The notes beneath the pieces were generated by a model. It was not told the DNA's origin. It saw nothing but the letters and a program-made list of their open reading frames with translations, and did not search any database. A DNA stretch of 64,000 nucleotides, from NCBI RefSeq assembly GCF_009914755.1, contig NC_060925.1; one strand, written 5' to 3'. The position numbers and the translations under genes are program-made. Of this stretch, positions 28,360-42,659 are shown one piece after another. Within the stretch, counting starts at the first letter, position 1; every line of letters begins with the position of its first letter. This DNA is from the human T2T-CHM13v2.0 reference genome, Homo sapiens.

Positions 28360-31300
28360 GACTTCCTCCATCTTAATGTCTAGGCTGTGTTGCTACTGAA
28401 GTGGAGTGATGTGGCTTTTTAGATGACACATTGATGAACAGTTTTTATTTTAATTACATTAGAAATAGGCAATTTGCACATCAAAGTCATGATTTCATGG
28501 TTATTGCTCAGGATAGAGCTAAGGTAAAAAGGTGATTCCATTTAAATGTATATATAAAATATTAAATAAAAAACTAGTAAAACAGATATGACAAAAATAT
28601 GTGGCAAAATAATGACGAAAATTGTGTAACATATCCCTAATATACTAAAGTACGGAGAAAATCTGTTTGATTTACAGCAGGGTGGACCACATGGCAAAGT
28701 CAATGCTTTTCTACAGTTAAGGGTGCTGTTATTTAGACATACCGTGGTTATTACGCTTCATGCTCTGTTACTCCTCAACAAAATGGCAATTACAGAGGCA
28801 GGTGTATGCTTTACTGAATGCCAGAAAGGTGGAAAGATTTTTCAGATTTTTTAAATTAGACATAGCTTTCTAATTTTCCAGGAGAATATTACTTATTATT
28901 AAGTTTTAATGTTTCCAGTAATTTACTGCGATTTGATGAACAACTTGCAAATTACAATATAGATTGTCATGACTAAATACTCTGTGGGGGCAGGGTTTGT
29001 AGCTACAAATCTGTACTCCACGCCGGTAGGGTTAGATTGAATTGGATACATGACTTCCTTTCTAAAATCTGGCAGGACAGAGAATTATTTGTTTCTAACC
29101 CATACACCTCCCCACCACATAAGAAATTAGAAAGCCTCAAATCCCCATTTCTCCTTATCTGCTGTTTTCTTCCAAGCTTCAAGAAACCAGAAACTTATCA
29201 AGCACCCCTAAATCATGGCAATCCTTTCCCTAGGCATAGAGTTGAAGGCAACTAGTAATAACGTATATTTTTTTCTATCCTGCTATACTTGTTACATAGG
29301 GAATAAATTAAAGGATAGAAGAGCTACAAAAATTTAGATCATTGTACTTATTAAAAGGCAGGGATGATCTTTTAGGGCTAAAAGAATAAAGTTTTAATTT
29401 GATTCTGCAATATTTCCTATCTGAAAAAGGCCCGCAGCTGTACTACCTGCTCTTGTTTAGCCAACTCTTCTTCCCATCCTAGTTCTAAAGTTTTTTCCCA
29501 AATTTCCTCCTTCATGAAGTTTACACATGGAATTAGACAGATGACTTGGATCAAGCTATAAGAAAGATCTTCAGAGAGGTTCCTGTAAGTTCCTTCCAAA
29601 GATCCTAAATGATGCTTACAGAGTCAGAAATTTCTTTATTAGGGATTTATTTCTCCACATTAAGTAATCGTGTCTCCAGAAATTCCCTGTCAAAATAATA
29701 ATGCAAGTAATACAAACAACACTATAATTGGCTGCTAAGATCTTGATATTTTTCTTGGATAGTTAGCAACTAGTGTTAAATCAATAAGGAAACTGTGTAA
29801 ATTCTTTTAAAAAAGTCTTTTTTCCTTTACAAAGCAAGACAAATTTATTCTAGATAACTTGGAAAATACTACTAAACAAAGGAAAATCAATCAAAATTCT
29901 ATCATTCCTGGTAATTTTACATTATATTTGATGTATATCCTTCTAAACTTAAATATACATTTATGTGTTTATTTTTTCATATTTTCTCAAATATTTGAAT
30001 ATCTTAATAGTCTTCTACAGCATGTTATTCTTTTCCTTGAAGGTACTATTTTATAATCAATCTCCTCTGTTTGAAAATTGTTGAGTCCATATTTTTTGAT
30101 ACTGTAAACAGCATTGCATTGAAATTTTTAAATAATTAACTCTGAGTTTTTATGATAATTTCCTTAGAATAAATTAAAATGAATTATGAGGTATTTTTGA
30201 AAAGTTGCATGCCTAGGTCTGATGTCAGTCTGAGTGGAGGAAGGGCCATTGGTAGTGGCATATGACATGATGTCAATGATAAACTGCCTCTTTGACAATT
30301 TCACCAAAGAATTCCTCATCCTTTTTCAAGCAGTGTGCACAGTTAAAATTTGTGTGCTCTGCTCTACAGAGCTTTCCTTTAGTCTTCTTTTGACATTCCA
30401 TAGGGACTTCTTTACTCTTTCCCATTGGACTGTAAGTAACTTGATGGCTAGAGGGTGTTGTTGTCAAATAAAGACTTAATATTTGCAGAAATGACTTATC
30501 AAATATTTAACTCAGAGTTATCTTTGCTAGGATTCTCAATCAGAAGCTTTTCTTTAAGCTGAGGTTGCTTTATTCTGATAAATCAAATGATTTTTGTCTG
30601 CTATTGACCCTGCACTTGGCATAGTGCTAACTTTTAATAATCATTGCTACCTTAAAAGGAAGGCTAATATGTTGTGATGGAAATACACAGAGAAATAAGT
30701 AATGTGACTTATATTTTTTAAAAGGCTTTTGCTGCAGTGAATATTTTCATGAAGACATCATGGAGGTATATAATATTTCTGTAAAACATAATATAAAATC
30801 ACCAAGGAACCTAAATTAATGAATCTGCAAGTAGTTTTTTCCTGTACAGGAACACTAACTCAATAGACACCTGTAACCATGGTGTTAACCTGTTCCATGA
30901 AATTGAATGAATAAAATGCTCTGTGCACAATGGGTTTTCAGGTATTTGAAGAGTTCATCATGACTACACTGATGGGACAATTTCAACTTAAGCGCTACGA
31001 AATTCCTGAGGGAAGAGAGAATCTTAAAGGATTCTCAGACATTAACTAAAAACTTGAAAATGTATGCCAACCTGTTGGCATTGTCTATTTTTGAGAGAAA
31101 GAAAATACTGGGAAGCAATGTGTTTGCAATATAGTCCCAAGGTGCAGGCTTAGTTCAATAATTTAAATCTGTGAACGAAAAGCAGAGCTCTTTCTTGGTA
31201 CATTAATTATACTTTCACTAGACTTTAAAATGGAGGAGTTATGTAGACTTCTCTCCTCAATTCAACAATTTTCTGAGAGGTCACTGAGAGCTTTGTCTTT

Positions 31301-32859
31301 CCTACAGTATTTTTGAGGGAAAATGTGTTTTAATAAGTAAAATTATTTCTCAAGAGCTTGAGGACTTGACACTGATAGACCAGAGCTGAAGATGCTCAGC
31401 TCTGCCAGAACCTTTTGCATTAGTTCATATCCTCAGGAGTTTTGGACTGACAGTGCTGAAGGGTTTGAAATTGGGAAATATATTACTCAAGTTTGCCCAT
31501 TAAAATATTGGAGGAAAAAAGTACCGAAGTTGCAGCCAGCGTGACGTGCAGTATGTGACACTGGAAAAATGCTGTGAATTTCAGGGGTTGTCTGAGCATA
31601 GAATCATGTGATGTGACAAGTGCAGGCAATACTTTTTTTTGTGAACAGCTGATTTAACAGGAAGAGAAAACTCCATGGAAAAGTATCAGTGCATAAACTC
31701 CTCCTTTCCTAAACTCAATGCTATTAATTCTTTGATTCAAAGAGTCAAATTTTGTCAGAAAAATGGAATACACTCTGACATTCTCTGCCAAATGGATAGA
31801 CACCAAAAAATGACATTAAATGATATTTATGTTCGGACCAACTTACTAAAGGCTATGAAGAATTATTATTGGCATGGGACTTTCTTGTTTAAAGTTCAAC
31901 ACACTTTATTGTTGTAGTCACATATTTTGCTATTTTGACTATTTACCATCATTTATATTGAACAAATCATTCTAACATATTATCCTATTTGATATTATAA
32001 ATAGGCAGGAAAAAAAGCTAAGCTTCCAGAAAGACAATAATGATAATAGTGATTTCACTTGATACGAATGGATGTAGAATTGGCAAGAATAATAATCCTG
32101 TCAAACCAAATACATATGTTGAATAGTTTCAGTGATGTTTTAAATGCACTCACTATACAAAAGAACTTTAAAATAAAACAAAGCATAACATTTATTGCCA
32201 GGAAACTTGAAGTGTTTCATGAACACTAAGCTCAGTTTTTCCCTATGTATCAGAAAATCGTAAAGAGCAACTCCTTGTCTTTCTTGTACTGTCTTTTAAT
32301 ATCCAGTTGCCTCTGGGCTTTATGGGAAAATCACTAACAGACTGACACCCAGCCAGAAGCCTGTACGACTGAGTGTGTGTTAACATTTCTTTAAATATCT
32401 CCTAAAAGACAAAGCAAAATGTGACACAAGAGATTCTGAGAACATGCAATTCCGCCCCTCTGAGCATTCCCCAAGGACATTCTCTTGCTCCTCTTTCACT
32501 TATGGTCAAGATAAATCTCTCTTCCTTCTAGGGTATCCCTAATAGAATGCCCTTGTTGAATTAACAATTTCTTACATTTGCAATGACATTTCTAAAGAAT
32601 TTTTTCATATGTTATGTCATTTGATCTCACAATGACCAATTAAACAGGTAGACCAGATAATAATACCCCAACCCAGTACCCACGTCTTCTGATTCCCAGG
32701 GCAGGTGTCCCATCTCTCCTCCAAACTCGAAGTTAGAAAATAGAGAAGGTTGTTTGAAATGTCATGGTAGTGCTTCATGGTGGTACTCATCAGAGAGTAT
32801 AATTCAAATTATCTGCTAGCCAGCTTCTGTCAAAAGTCTGGCTGAGATGGTGAGAGAAT

Positions 32860-33310
32860 AAATTTCTGGAGATAATTTGGCAGTATGTGACAAAAGATTT
32901 AAAAATGCTCCAACACTTCAACACAGAAATTCAATTTTTTATAATTTATCAGAAATGTGTGCAAAGATATAGGTATGATGATGGTAAGGACCTTATTACT
33001 TACAATATGGAAAATTTTAAACCTAAATATCTAAATTAAAAAATTGATTACAATACTGTGATATATGTTTACAGTGCAATATGAAATTGAAATGTAAAAT
33101 TATGTTGTATAACCCTATTCATTGATTAAGAATAGTGTTTCTGATACATCCATAAATTAAATATTAGACAGAAAAACTGTATACAGTATCATTATATTTT
33201 TGGAAAAAATATATTTTATGCATGAAAAATTATTGGCTGAAAACACAACAATGTGTAAACAGTTTTCTGGGTAGTAGGATTAGCGATGGTTTATTTCACT
33301 TTTTGCTTTA
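32860..33310 (+). mobile_element. Ancient L1ME-like 3' fragment
   Basis: tttctggagataatttggcagtatg..aaaa...aaatgtgtgcaaagatat and related motifs. Confidence 0.55.

Positions 33311-33312
<2 letters not shown>

Positions 33313-33355
<43 letters not shown>
33313..33355. repeat. Perfect (TG)21 microsatellite
   Basis: Seen directly in the sequence. Confidence 0.95.
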
Positions 33356-33358
<3 letters not shown>

Positions 33359-34189
33359 TCCCCATTTGACATGTATTACCTCTGTGATTAAGGTTAAAAT
33401 GTCTATGCAAAAAGAAAGCCTGGCTGAGAGAACTGATGCCTGTAGAAGATAGCCTGTAGAAACATGTTCAGCCAGTCCTTTAATCATTCTAAGTTCTAAA
33501 CTCATGTCAAGATAGAGAACATAAAGATAACATAAAAATATTAGTTTAGCCAGTCTAACCATCACCTCCCATTTATAGTTTATTTTGTACAATTAATGTT
33601 GAATTTGTTATTTGTTATGTTCTTCAATGTCCTTTATATACACTTACAAATGATAAATTATTTTTCAAATATAGTAATGGAAAAGAATTTGTCTTTCAGA
33701 TTTGTAATGTTTGCATCTAAGTTCTAAAATATAAGGGGAAATTTCATAAACCTATTTGATTCTCTCTTTCCATCAATATATATAAAATATTAAAATAAAT
33801 TGCAATAAATCTATAATTCTTGTGGATAGCATATTTTATTTCTCCATGTTGTTTTTGTTTTTAAAAAATTTTTAATTTGGACAATATTATTAGATATATA
33901 CTTTTTATTATATTCCTCCCTTTTTTTAAAAAAAAAAAAGTTGTAACAAAATAAATAATTTCCCCAGGGACCCTTCTTCTTACTGTACATCTGAAAAATT
34001 TAGAAACAAGGCCCAGTTACATGGCTTTCACGGTACAGTGGAAATTTTAGAGGATAGGGTGAAAAAAAAACCTTTATTTAAGTCCCTAGGATACTGCATA
34101 TTACCCCTGTGACAACGGAAAAGTCACAATCTATCTGGACATGTGACGTTATCTAAAAAACTTTATGTAATACCTAGGAGTGAAAGAGA

Positions 34190-34715
34190 CCATTCATTGT
34201 CTTGTCTCTAAGAGCTACACCTAACTTCCTTTGTCCTTGTTCTGCCTCCCACCGGAGGGACTGTAAGAAGCCAACTTATTACCTTCCCAGTCTCTTTGTT
34301 GCTAGGTATGGCCGTGTGACTCACATACCCCTTGATAAGATTTTTGGGATAGGTTTTTGAGAAGCATTGTTTTTCTCTTTGATAAATAAGTAAATTCTGT
34401 TTGTTTCACTCCTTTTCCAGCACTTGTCCCAACTACCTGCTTCTGGCTTTGTTTTGCCTAAAGCTGTGAAAAATATTATTCAAACACAAGATGGCAAACT
34501 GAAGAATGAAAAATCAACATGTATCAAATGATGAAGGGGAAAGATGGAAGAAGCCTGGGTTCTTGATGGCATCATTGAACCCTCCATGCAAGGCCAGCAA
34601 CCAAGCTGTCATTAACTAAAGCTAGATGCATTATTATGTTCAAGGAATGAACCCTTATCTGATTAAATTACTGCCATCTAGGTTTTCTGTTACCTGCAGA
34701 TGAGCCATCCTGATG
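34190..34715 (+). mobile_element. Old MLT1-type MaLR LTR
   Basis: ccttcccagtctct..gctaggtatggccgtgtgac; gaaagatggaagaagcctgggttcttgatggcatcattga; ttttctgttacctgcag...catcctga. Confidence 0.7.
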
Positions 34716-34799
34716 CTCAATATCATAGAATTATTCTGAAAGTTAAATGAAATAATGCATGCATAATTGCTTAAATAACTACAGATATACTGTTTAAAG

Positions 34800-35045
34800 A
34801 GGTAACACAGGGCAATGGAAAAGGCATTGGACTTGAACTCTGACTAATTTAGCCTGGAATCCTAGAAAGTCACCTTATTAGACCTTCTTCATAGGAAAAT
34901 GTAAACAATCTCTGTGTGTCAGTTGTGTCATCTCTAAAATGGAAATAATTAGCATCTTGGAGGATTGTTGTAAAGGGTAAGGGAGATAAGATATGGGAAA
35001 GCTCATGGCATAGGGCTTGATACATGTTATTCAATAAACATAAGT
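34800..35045 (+). mobile_element. MIR
   Basis: ggcattggacttg...tctctgtgtgtcagttgtgtcatctctaaaatggaaataat...gaggattgttgta...tcaataaa. Confidence 0.7.
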
Positions 35046-35210
35046 TAGGGAGAAAAATTAGCAAGTAGCAGTGTGGTCTGCCCCAAGTGAACACACTTCC
35101 TTTATCTGAGTCAGATTACACTGCCCCTTGAACCTTTACAACACTAAACAAAATTTAGAGCACTAGGAGATACTTCAGAGTGTCCTATTAATAAAAGTAG
35201 TGGAAGGATA

Positions 35211-37670
35211 GTTTTTTTTTTTCTAATTCTGTGAAGAACATTAATGGTAGTTTAATGGGACTGGCATTGAATCTATAGATTACTTTGAAAAGTATGGCCA
35301 TTTTCACAATATTGATTCTTCCTATCCATGAGCATGGAATGTTTTTCCTTTTGTTTGTGTCCTCTCTGATTTCTTTGAGGATCAGTTTGTAGTTCTCTTT
35401 GAAGAGGTTCCTCACTTTCCTTCTCAGCTGTATTCCTAGGTATCTTTTTTTTTGTAGCAATTGTGAATGGGAGTTCATTCATGATTCATCTCTCTGCTTG
35501 CCTATTGATGGTGTATAGGAATGCTAGAGATTTTGCACATTGATTTTGTATCCTGAGGCTTTGCTGAAGTTGCTTCTCAGCTTAAGAAGCTTTTGGGCTG
35601 AGAAAATGGGGTTTTTTTAGGTATAGGATCACGCCATCTGTAAACAAAGATAATTTGACTTCCTCTCTTTCTATTTACCCTTTATTTCTTTATCTTGTCT
35701 GATTGCCCTGGCCAGAACTTCCAATACTATATTGAATAAGAGTGGTAAAAGAGGGCATTCTTGTCTTCTACCACTTTAAAAGCCATATGGAACCAAAAAT
35801 GAGCCCAAATAGCCAAGACAATCCTAAACAAAAAGAACAAACCTGGAGGCACCATACTACCCAACTTCGAACTATGCTACAAGGTTATAGTAACCAAAAC
35901 AGCATGATACTGGTACAAAAACAGGCACATAGACCAAAGGAATGAAAAGAGAACTCAGAAATAAGACTGCACACCTACAACCATCTGATCTTCAACAAAC
36001 CTGACAAAAACAAGCAATGGGAAAAGAACTCTTTATTTAATAAATGATACTGGGAGAACTGGTTAGCCATACACAGAAAATTGAAATTGGACCCCTTCCT
36101 TACACCTTATACAGAAATTAACTCAAGATGAATTGAAGACTTAAATGTTGATATGGTTTGGCTCTGGATCCCCACCCAAATCTCACCTTGAATTGTAATC
36201 TCCATAATCCCCACATGTCAAGGGCAGGACAGGGTGGAGGTAATTGGATCAGGGTGGTGGTTTCCCCCATGCTGTTCTCATGATAATGAGTGAGTTCTCA
36301 TGAGATCTGATGGTTTTATAAGGGGCTCTTTTCCCTTTGCTTAACACTTCTCCTTCCTTCCACCTTGTGAGGAAACTGCTTTGCTTCCCCTTTACCTTCT
36401 GCCATGATTGTAAGTTTCCTGAGGCTTTCCCAGCCATGCTGAACTGTGAGTTAATTAAACCTCTTTCATTTCTATTAATAAATACCCAGTCTCAGCAATT
36501 CTATAGTAATATGGAAACAGACTAATACAAATTTAAAACCCAAAACTATAAAAACCCTAGAAGAAAATCTAGGCAATACCTTTCAGGCAAAGATTTTGTT
36601 ACGAAAATGCAAAAAGCAATTGCAACAAAAGCAAAAATTGACAAATGGGATCTAATTAAATAAACGAATTTTGCAGAGCAAAAGAAACTATCATCAGAGT
36701 GAACAAAGTACAGAATTGGAGAAAATTTTTACAATCTATCCATCTGACAAAGGTATAATATCCAGAGTCTACAAGGAACTTAATCAAACTACAGGAAAAA
36801 CACAAACAACCCCATTAAAAAGTGGGCAAAGGATATGAACAGACACTTCTCAAAAGAAGACATACATGGAGGAGCAAACACGAAAAAAAGCTCAACATCA
36901 CTGATCATTAGAAAAATGCAAATCAGAACCACAATGAGATACTATCTCACGCCAGTGAGAATGGCGATTATTAAAAAGTCCAAAAATAATAGATGCTGGC
37001 AATGTTGTGGAGAAAAAGAAATGCTTTTACACTGTTAGTGGGAGTGTAAATTAGTTCAGCCATTGTGGAAGACAGTGTGGCAATTCCTCAAAGACTTAGA
37101 GGCAGAAATACCATTTGACCCAGCAATCCCATTACTGGGTATACACCCAAAGGAATATAAATCATCCTATTATAAAGATGCATACACAGGCATGCTCATT
37201 GCAGCACTCTTTACAGCAGCAAAGACAGGGAATCAACCTAAAAGCCCATCAATGATAGACTGGAAAAAGAAAATGTGGTACACATACACCACAGAATACT
37301 ATGCAGCCATAAAAAGGAACAAGATTTTGTTCTATGCAGGGACATGGATGTAACTGGAAGCTGTTATCCTCAGCAAACTAATGCAAGAAAAGAAAACCAA
37401 ACACTCCATGTTCTCACTTATAAGTGGGAGCTGAATGATGAGAACACATGGATAAATCAGGGGGAACGACACACACTGGGGGCCATTGGTGGTGGGATTA
37501 GGGGGAGGGAGGGCATCAGGAAAAATAGGTCATGGATGCTGGGGTTGATACCTACGTGATAGGATGATCTGTGCAGCAAACCACCATGGCTCACGTTTTA
37601 CCTGTGTAACAAACCTGCACATCCTGTACATGTACCCCTGAACTTTGGATAAAAAGTTTAAGAAAAAAAA
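35211..37670 (+). mobile_element. L1PA13-16-like element with an inverted 5' segment (35211-~35768 antisense; ~35769-37670 sense)
   Basis: Antisense [20 protein letters not shown] followed by the sense continuation, with poly-A near 37663-37670. TSD-like AAAAGTAGTGGAAGGA / AAAAGTAGTAGAAAGA. Confidence 0.93.
36149..36529 (+). mobile_element. Solo THE1C/D-type LTR nested in the L1
   Basis: TGATATGGTTTGG...ACTAATACA. TSD AATGT / AATTT. L1 sequence is contiguous across it. Confidence 0.93.
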
Positions 37671-37699
37671 GTAGTAGAAAGAATTTTATTAGTTTATTA

Positions 37700-37925
37700 A
37701 GTGTTATAAAGATCTAGGCACCATTTAAAGAACTTCACATATACTAATTTAATCCTCATAAAAGTTTATGTGGTAGGTGTTACCATTCACTTCATTATAC
37801 AGATGAGGAAAATGCAGTGCAGAGAGATTAAGATATTAATCCCAGATTAGATATCTAATAAATTGAGCAGCCAGAATTCAAACTCAGGAAGTCTAGCTCC
37901 AGAGCTGGTACTCTTAATCTCCGTA
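37700..37925 (-). mobile_element. MIR
   Basis: tttaatcctcataa...tacagatgaggaaaatgcag..cagagagattaag...gaattcaaactcagg..gtct.gctccagag. Confidence 0.75.
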
Positions 37926-38092
37926 TTATGTTATCTTCTAACAAAATTACTAACACATTGACCGAACCCTCTATCTGGTCATGAAGAAGTTTGAATCCAA
38001 CCTATCCCTGCTTACAGGCTTGGATTGTTTGCAAAAGAGAAGGTAGAGCTGCTTCTCATAGTTAGCTTTTGGATAAAACAATATATTGGGCC

Positions 38093-38509
38093 TGATAGAG
38101 TTTGAATATGTGTCCCCTCAAATCTCATGATGAAATGTAATCCCCAGTGTTGGGGGTAGGGCCTGGTGGGAGGTGTTTGGATCATGGGGGCAGATCATAA
38201 ATGGCTATCATCATCCCCTTGGTGATAAGTGAGTTAATGTGAGATCTGGTTGTTTACAAGTGTGTGGCACCTCCCACTCTCTTTCCCTCCCTCTTGCCCC
38301 TGTTCTTGCCATGTGAGATGACTGGCTTCCCTCTTCATGTTCTGCCATAATTGAAAACTCCCTGAGGCTTCACCAGAAGCCAAGCAGATGCTGGCATCAT
38401 GCTTTCTGTACAGCCTGCAGAACCATAAGCCAATTAAGCCTCTTTTTTTAAAAACAAATAATCCAACTTCAGGTATTCTTTTATAGCAGTACAAGAATGG
38501 TCCAACACA
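38093..38509 (+). mobile_element. Solo MST-type MaLR LTR
   Basis: TGATAG..TTTG...tccaacACA. Perfect TSD GGGCC at 38088-38092 and 38510-38514. Confidence 0.93.
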
Positions 38510-38984
38510 GGGCCATTCCATCTATTTTAGTTTCTGGGGAGTTGAGATGACAGAAGGCTCTAAATCTCCATTGGGCATCACCACATTAGGCCTGGCTGAG
38601 CAAAATTTCAAGCCCAGGCTTTCTCAGTAGGCTTTTAAATAAAGGGATAAGCTGCTCTCTAAATAAAGGAGCATAGAAGGAACCAAAAGAAGACCTGAAA
38701 CTTGCCTATGCTGTTCCTTTTTCCTCAGCATAAACTTGCAGGTATCTTAATAGAGGAAATTTGTTAGCATTTTGGCGTACTATCCTAGGAAAATAATAAC
38801 ATTTATTAATGTTCTTTATTCCTATAAATATGAAATTTTCTTTATGGAGATATGGGTGATATGAGACTTATATTTCCATAAGGATGCCCAGAAAATACTC
38901 CAGAGTAAGCAGACTTCTTAGTTAGGCATAAATCTATGTAAGGTTATAAGAGTGAGAGTGATTATGGGCTTACTTAAAATGGAT

Positions 38985-39250
38985 ATGGTGGTTTCACTCT
39001 CTTAGCTTGTCTTCCTGTATTGTAGAAGCTAAAAGCTTAAATTAGATAATTCCCAGACTTTATTGCAGTTAAAATTCTAGACATGAATTAGCTTCTGCCA
39101 ATTAAATCCATTCACATACCATTAAGAACATGGAAATGTGGAGGGGGCGCTCTTCATTCCACCTGAGTGTTTCAACTGGCTGGTGTGACGGTATTTGCCA
39201 GGGAAGCTGGATGGAAGTGAGACAGTTGGGTCCCATGCTGCAAATTCTTG
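38985..39250 (+). mobile_element. Old ERVL/MaLR LTR fragment (LTR33/MLT-like)
   Basis: cttcctgtattgtagaagct...ttcccagact..ttgcagtta....acatgaattagcttctgccaat. Confidence 0.45.
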
Positions 39251-41128
39251 GATTTTGCTAGGGTAAGGGGTGGCTTCAAAGGTTTCCCTGGATCAACCTA
39301 GAGGATAATTAAATCAAAGTAAACTTTACAGGCAGCAAGATAAGGTAGAGAGCGAGTCAGATTTATTCCTTAGTTTTTGTAAGAAATTATAAAGGCTCAG
39401 ATGGTTCTGTAGGAAGGTGTAGAAGGGGTATAGTTGAGGGCTTGTGGTTTTCCCTTGAAGTGTACCAAGGCACCAGGTAATTCAGCTACAGAAGACCTGG
39501 GATGACAAGTTTCAGGAAGAAGATGGATAGGGGTTATGACAAATGTTACAAAATGTCTACAGAGCCTTCCAGAACCAAGGTGCCTAATCAAGAGGGAATA
39601 CAACTGAATCATAGCTGCCTGAGAGAAAAATATGGATCACAGATATATAACCTAAGCATATTATAGTGTCAGAAGTCAACAGAAGTCCTGAGGTAATGCT
39701 AGTCAATTTCAACAGGCATCTGGTCCATGGGGAAATCTCAACTGGCTTGTCTTGAGTTGAGATGAGTGAGGCTACGAAATTTGATGCAAGTTCCTGAGCT
39801 CCCAAGCCCCATTTTGCTCTCACCAATGCTGTACACCTCACCCATATCCCAAAAGAGCAGAGGAGGGCTCTGGAAGACTAGAAGACTGTCCATTTTAACC
39901 TAAAAATTCTAAGTATCATCTAAAGGGAACACTTAAATTATTGCATCAGGCAAAGGTTACCACATAAGGCTAAAATTTAGATTTTCCTTTCCACCTGTTT
40001 CCCAGTAGGTGGATTATGCTAATGATCAGATCAGATGAAGAGCATAAAGCTTCCACATTTTTTTCAGTGTGAGGGAAAAAAATATGAGTATCTTTCAGAC
40101 TCTTCTGCATAGACTATATTTAGTTCATTCTATCTGCAGCCTTAATTACCTGCCCCCAATTCAAGAAATATGCAGTCCACAAAAATGGAAGTTTTTCATA
40201 GATTAAATATCTTGCTTCCTTATGAGGGAAGAGTTCTGAGCAGGGAAACAGAAATTTTTCAGCTTTCCCTGTTAAGATATAATGAAATCATTTTATTATT
40301 TGTTTTAACTCTAGAATACTTAGAACCTCAGATTAAGCCATATATTCAAATTTATGTACAATGACAATAAGGTTAAATCTACATTGATTTTTGAATAAAT
40401 TGTGACATGACTCATCTGGGTCAACATGGGTAATCAGCAACTCAATGTATATTCTTTGGATGTCCCTCCCCCACCATCTCCTGCTCCCACCACCTCCATC
40501 ATAATGGCTGCAGGTAAAGGATTCTTGTAAAAGGCTATCTGTGGTTCACAGACTTGCCTGGGGTGGGTAAGCACTAAATGCACCCTTCGTCAGCTAACAT
40601 AAGGCTCATTCACTCAGCTTAGCTTCTTTCCCAGCCTCCCAGGTTGGTGCAGTGTAATCCCCCTTTCCTCCTTATTTATTTTTTAAGATTTCCTATAATC
40701 CACATACATATGTTCTTTTCTTAAGGTAACGATTGTTTTTCAGATCAAAAAAGAAAAAGTTTTCAATCTATTGATTACAGTAAAACTCACTAATCTTTTT
40801 GTTGCATAAATGTGTTTATATGTACATCTATGTCCTAGTTTTAGCATTTCTGCCCTTATTCATTTTAATATCCTTTAAAAAGTGACTCCTGTTTTTTCTT
40901 TTGACCTGCAAATAGCTTTGATTACTTTTTCTTTGCATATGTTAGTGGACTCCATAAGGAGATCATCATGCATAGGCACCTGTACCATGTTTAGGGACAT
41001 TCAGCTATTAGTTAATTAGCCTACGTCTCATGAGTATTTATAGTACTTGTAATATGGTAAAATCATGTGTATTAGAGCTGGTCAGCATGAGTCATCCTTT
41101 ACCCTAAGTTTGAAATCTACTTCCCTGG

Positions 41129-41775
41129 TGTGGCAGGCCAGGCCTCACTAATACAGGCCTCCCTAACAACCGTTTCAGTACTGAGTAGTTAAGTTAAATA
41201 TTAAAAGTTAAAAATGCCAGGGCCCTTATACAAAGGCTGGAATGTAACAAAAGCCCACCAAGAATCTTGCCTATGCTTTTCCTGGGCCTTAAAGCATGAC
41301 AAAATAATGAAGGAATTCTTAACAGGACTCATTTAGGATTAAACAAGTTTTACTGGGGATCTGAAGAAACTCCTCAGGCCTCCACATACAAGTTGATTAG
41401 GGGTCTGAAAGAATACCCAAACCTCTGTGATTTAACAGGAAACAAGATAAGGGTAATCACCCTACCACCTGAACCCCTTTAGACTAAGTAAATTTACTGA
41501 GGCTCTAGAGGAAGGTCTTCAGGACTGAGACCTTATAGATTAAAAGAAGTTAATCACTTATGTCTTTAGATGAATGCAGACTTACACGTAGACTTATAGC
41601 TTAGGAGGTACATAAGCTCTGGAAAACTTTGTGTTTTGAGTTGGTCTGGTGATAATTTCCAGGTCTTCTCCCTGTAACTGGCTTACAGGAATAAAACTTT
41701 CTTCCTCCCCAGTTCGTCCGCATCTTGTTATTGGGACACGAGAAACAGCCCGACCTTCAGTTTGGTTCAGGAACA
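41129..41775 (+). mobile_element. Solo ERV1 LTR, MER51-like
   Basis: TG...CA termini, 4-bp TSD CTGG (41125-41128 and 41776-41779) and AATAAA near 41690. The 5' sequence tgtggcaggccagg..ctcactaa matches MER51 as I recall it. Confidence 0.85.
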
Positions 41776-42659
41776 CTGGGACTCTGTTTTGAAAGAGCAC
41801 TGTGAAAAAATCTCCTCTTTTGTGGAACAGTTATTTAAAAACAACCAACTAAATGGAGATTACTTAAGAGAAATGTGTGTCGAGGACATAATTCCCTACA
41901 GCCCTATTAATAGTGGGATTTTGTTGACATGCTTAGAAATGTCAGAGAAATGTTGGCACTTGTATCATATCATCATATCCTCCCTGGTTATGTTGGTCCT
42001 ACCACTGCCAACATGCTACAAGTCATGGGCACTCTGCATTTGCTCAATGGATGGATTGAATTCTTCCCTCATTTAGTCAGTCAGTCTGCAAACAATGATG
42101 ACCTCCTGGGTTTTATCCAGATCAAATGCTAAGCACTCTAGGACCGAATGCACAACAATGAATCCTGTAGCTTTAGTTCTCAAAAAACTTTGCAGTCTAA
42201 TGGTATAAACAAACACACTAGGGGTCTCCAAAGCCAGCTGTGCATACGTATAGGTTGTACTAAACTATCCCATAGAAAAAAGATTTATGCTTATATTTTT
42301 ACTAAAAATTAAGATACATATTAATTTACTGATAGTCAATGGTCACATGTCACTAAGGTACAAGTTTTCCTTAAGAAAGAGCGGAACTTCTGCAATATGG
42401 AAAGACTAGAGGCTTGCATTCTCACCTGTTTGTTCACATTCAATTTATTTTTATGCCTGTAAGCAGAGAACAAATTATAAAGTGACTTGCATCATACAAA
42501 TTTACACTGATGATTTTAAGAATCCCTGAGATTTAAATCATAAAGAAACATTATCAAATTTGTATTCAGAACTTTCTATAACAGTGTAATGGAGGGCATT
42601 TTGGAGTATTGGAACAAGATAACCCATGAGAAAGCTACAGGACTCTGTTTTACTTAAGT

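Noticed and set aside
28440-28700. Possible old hAT-type DNA transposon fragments (also ~42220-42460 and ~43100-43230)
   Set aside because: Only vague resemblance; boundaries and family cannot be supported without a Dfam search.
30941-31048. Acceptor followed by the 35-codon frame VFEEFIMTTLMGQFQLKRYEIPEG...
   Set aside because: Weak pyrimidine tract and no recognisable homology; compatible with chance.
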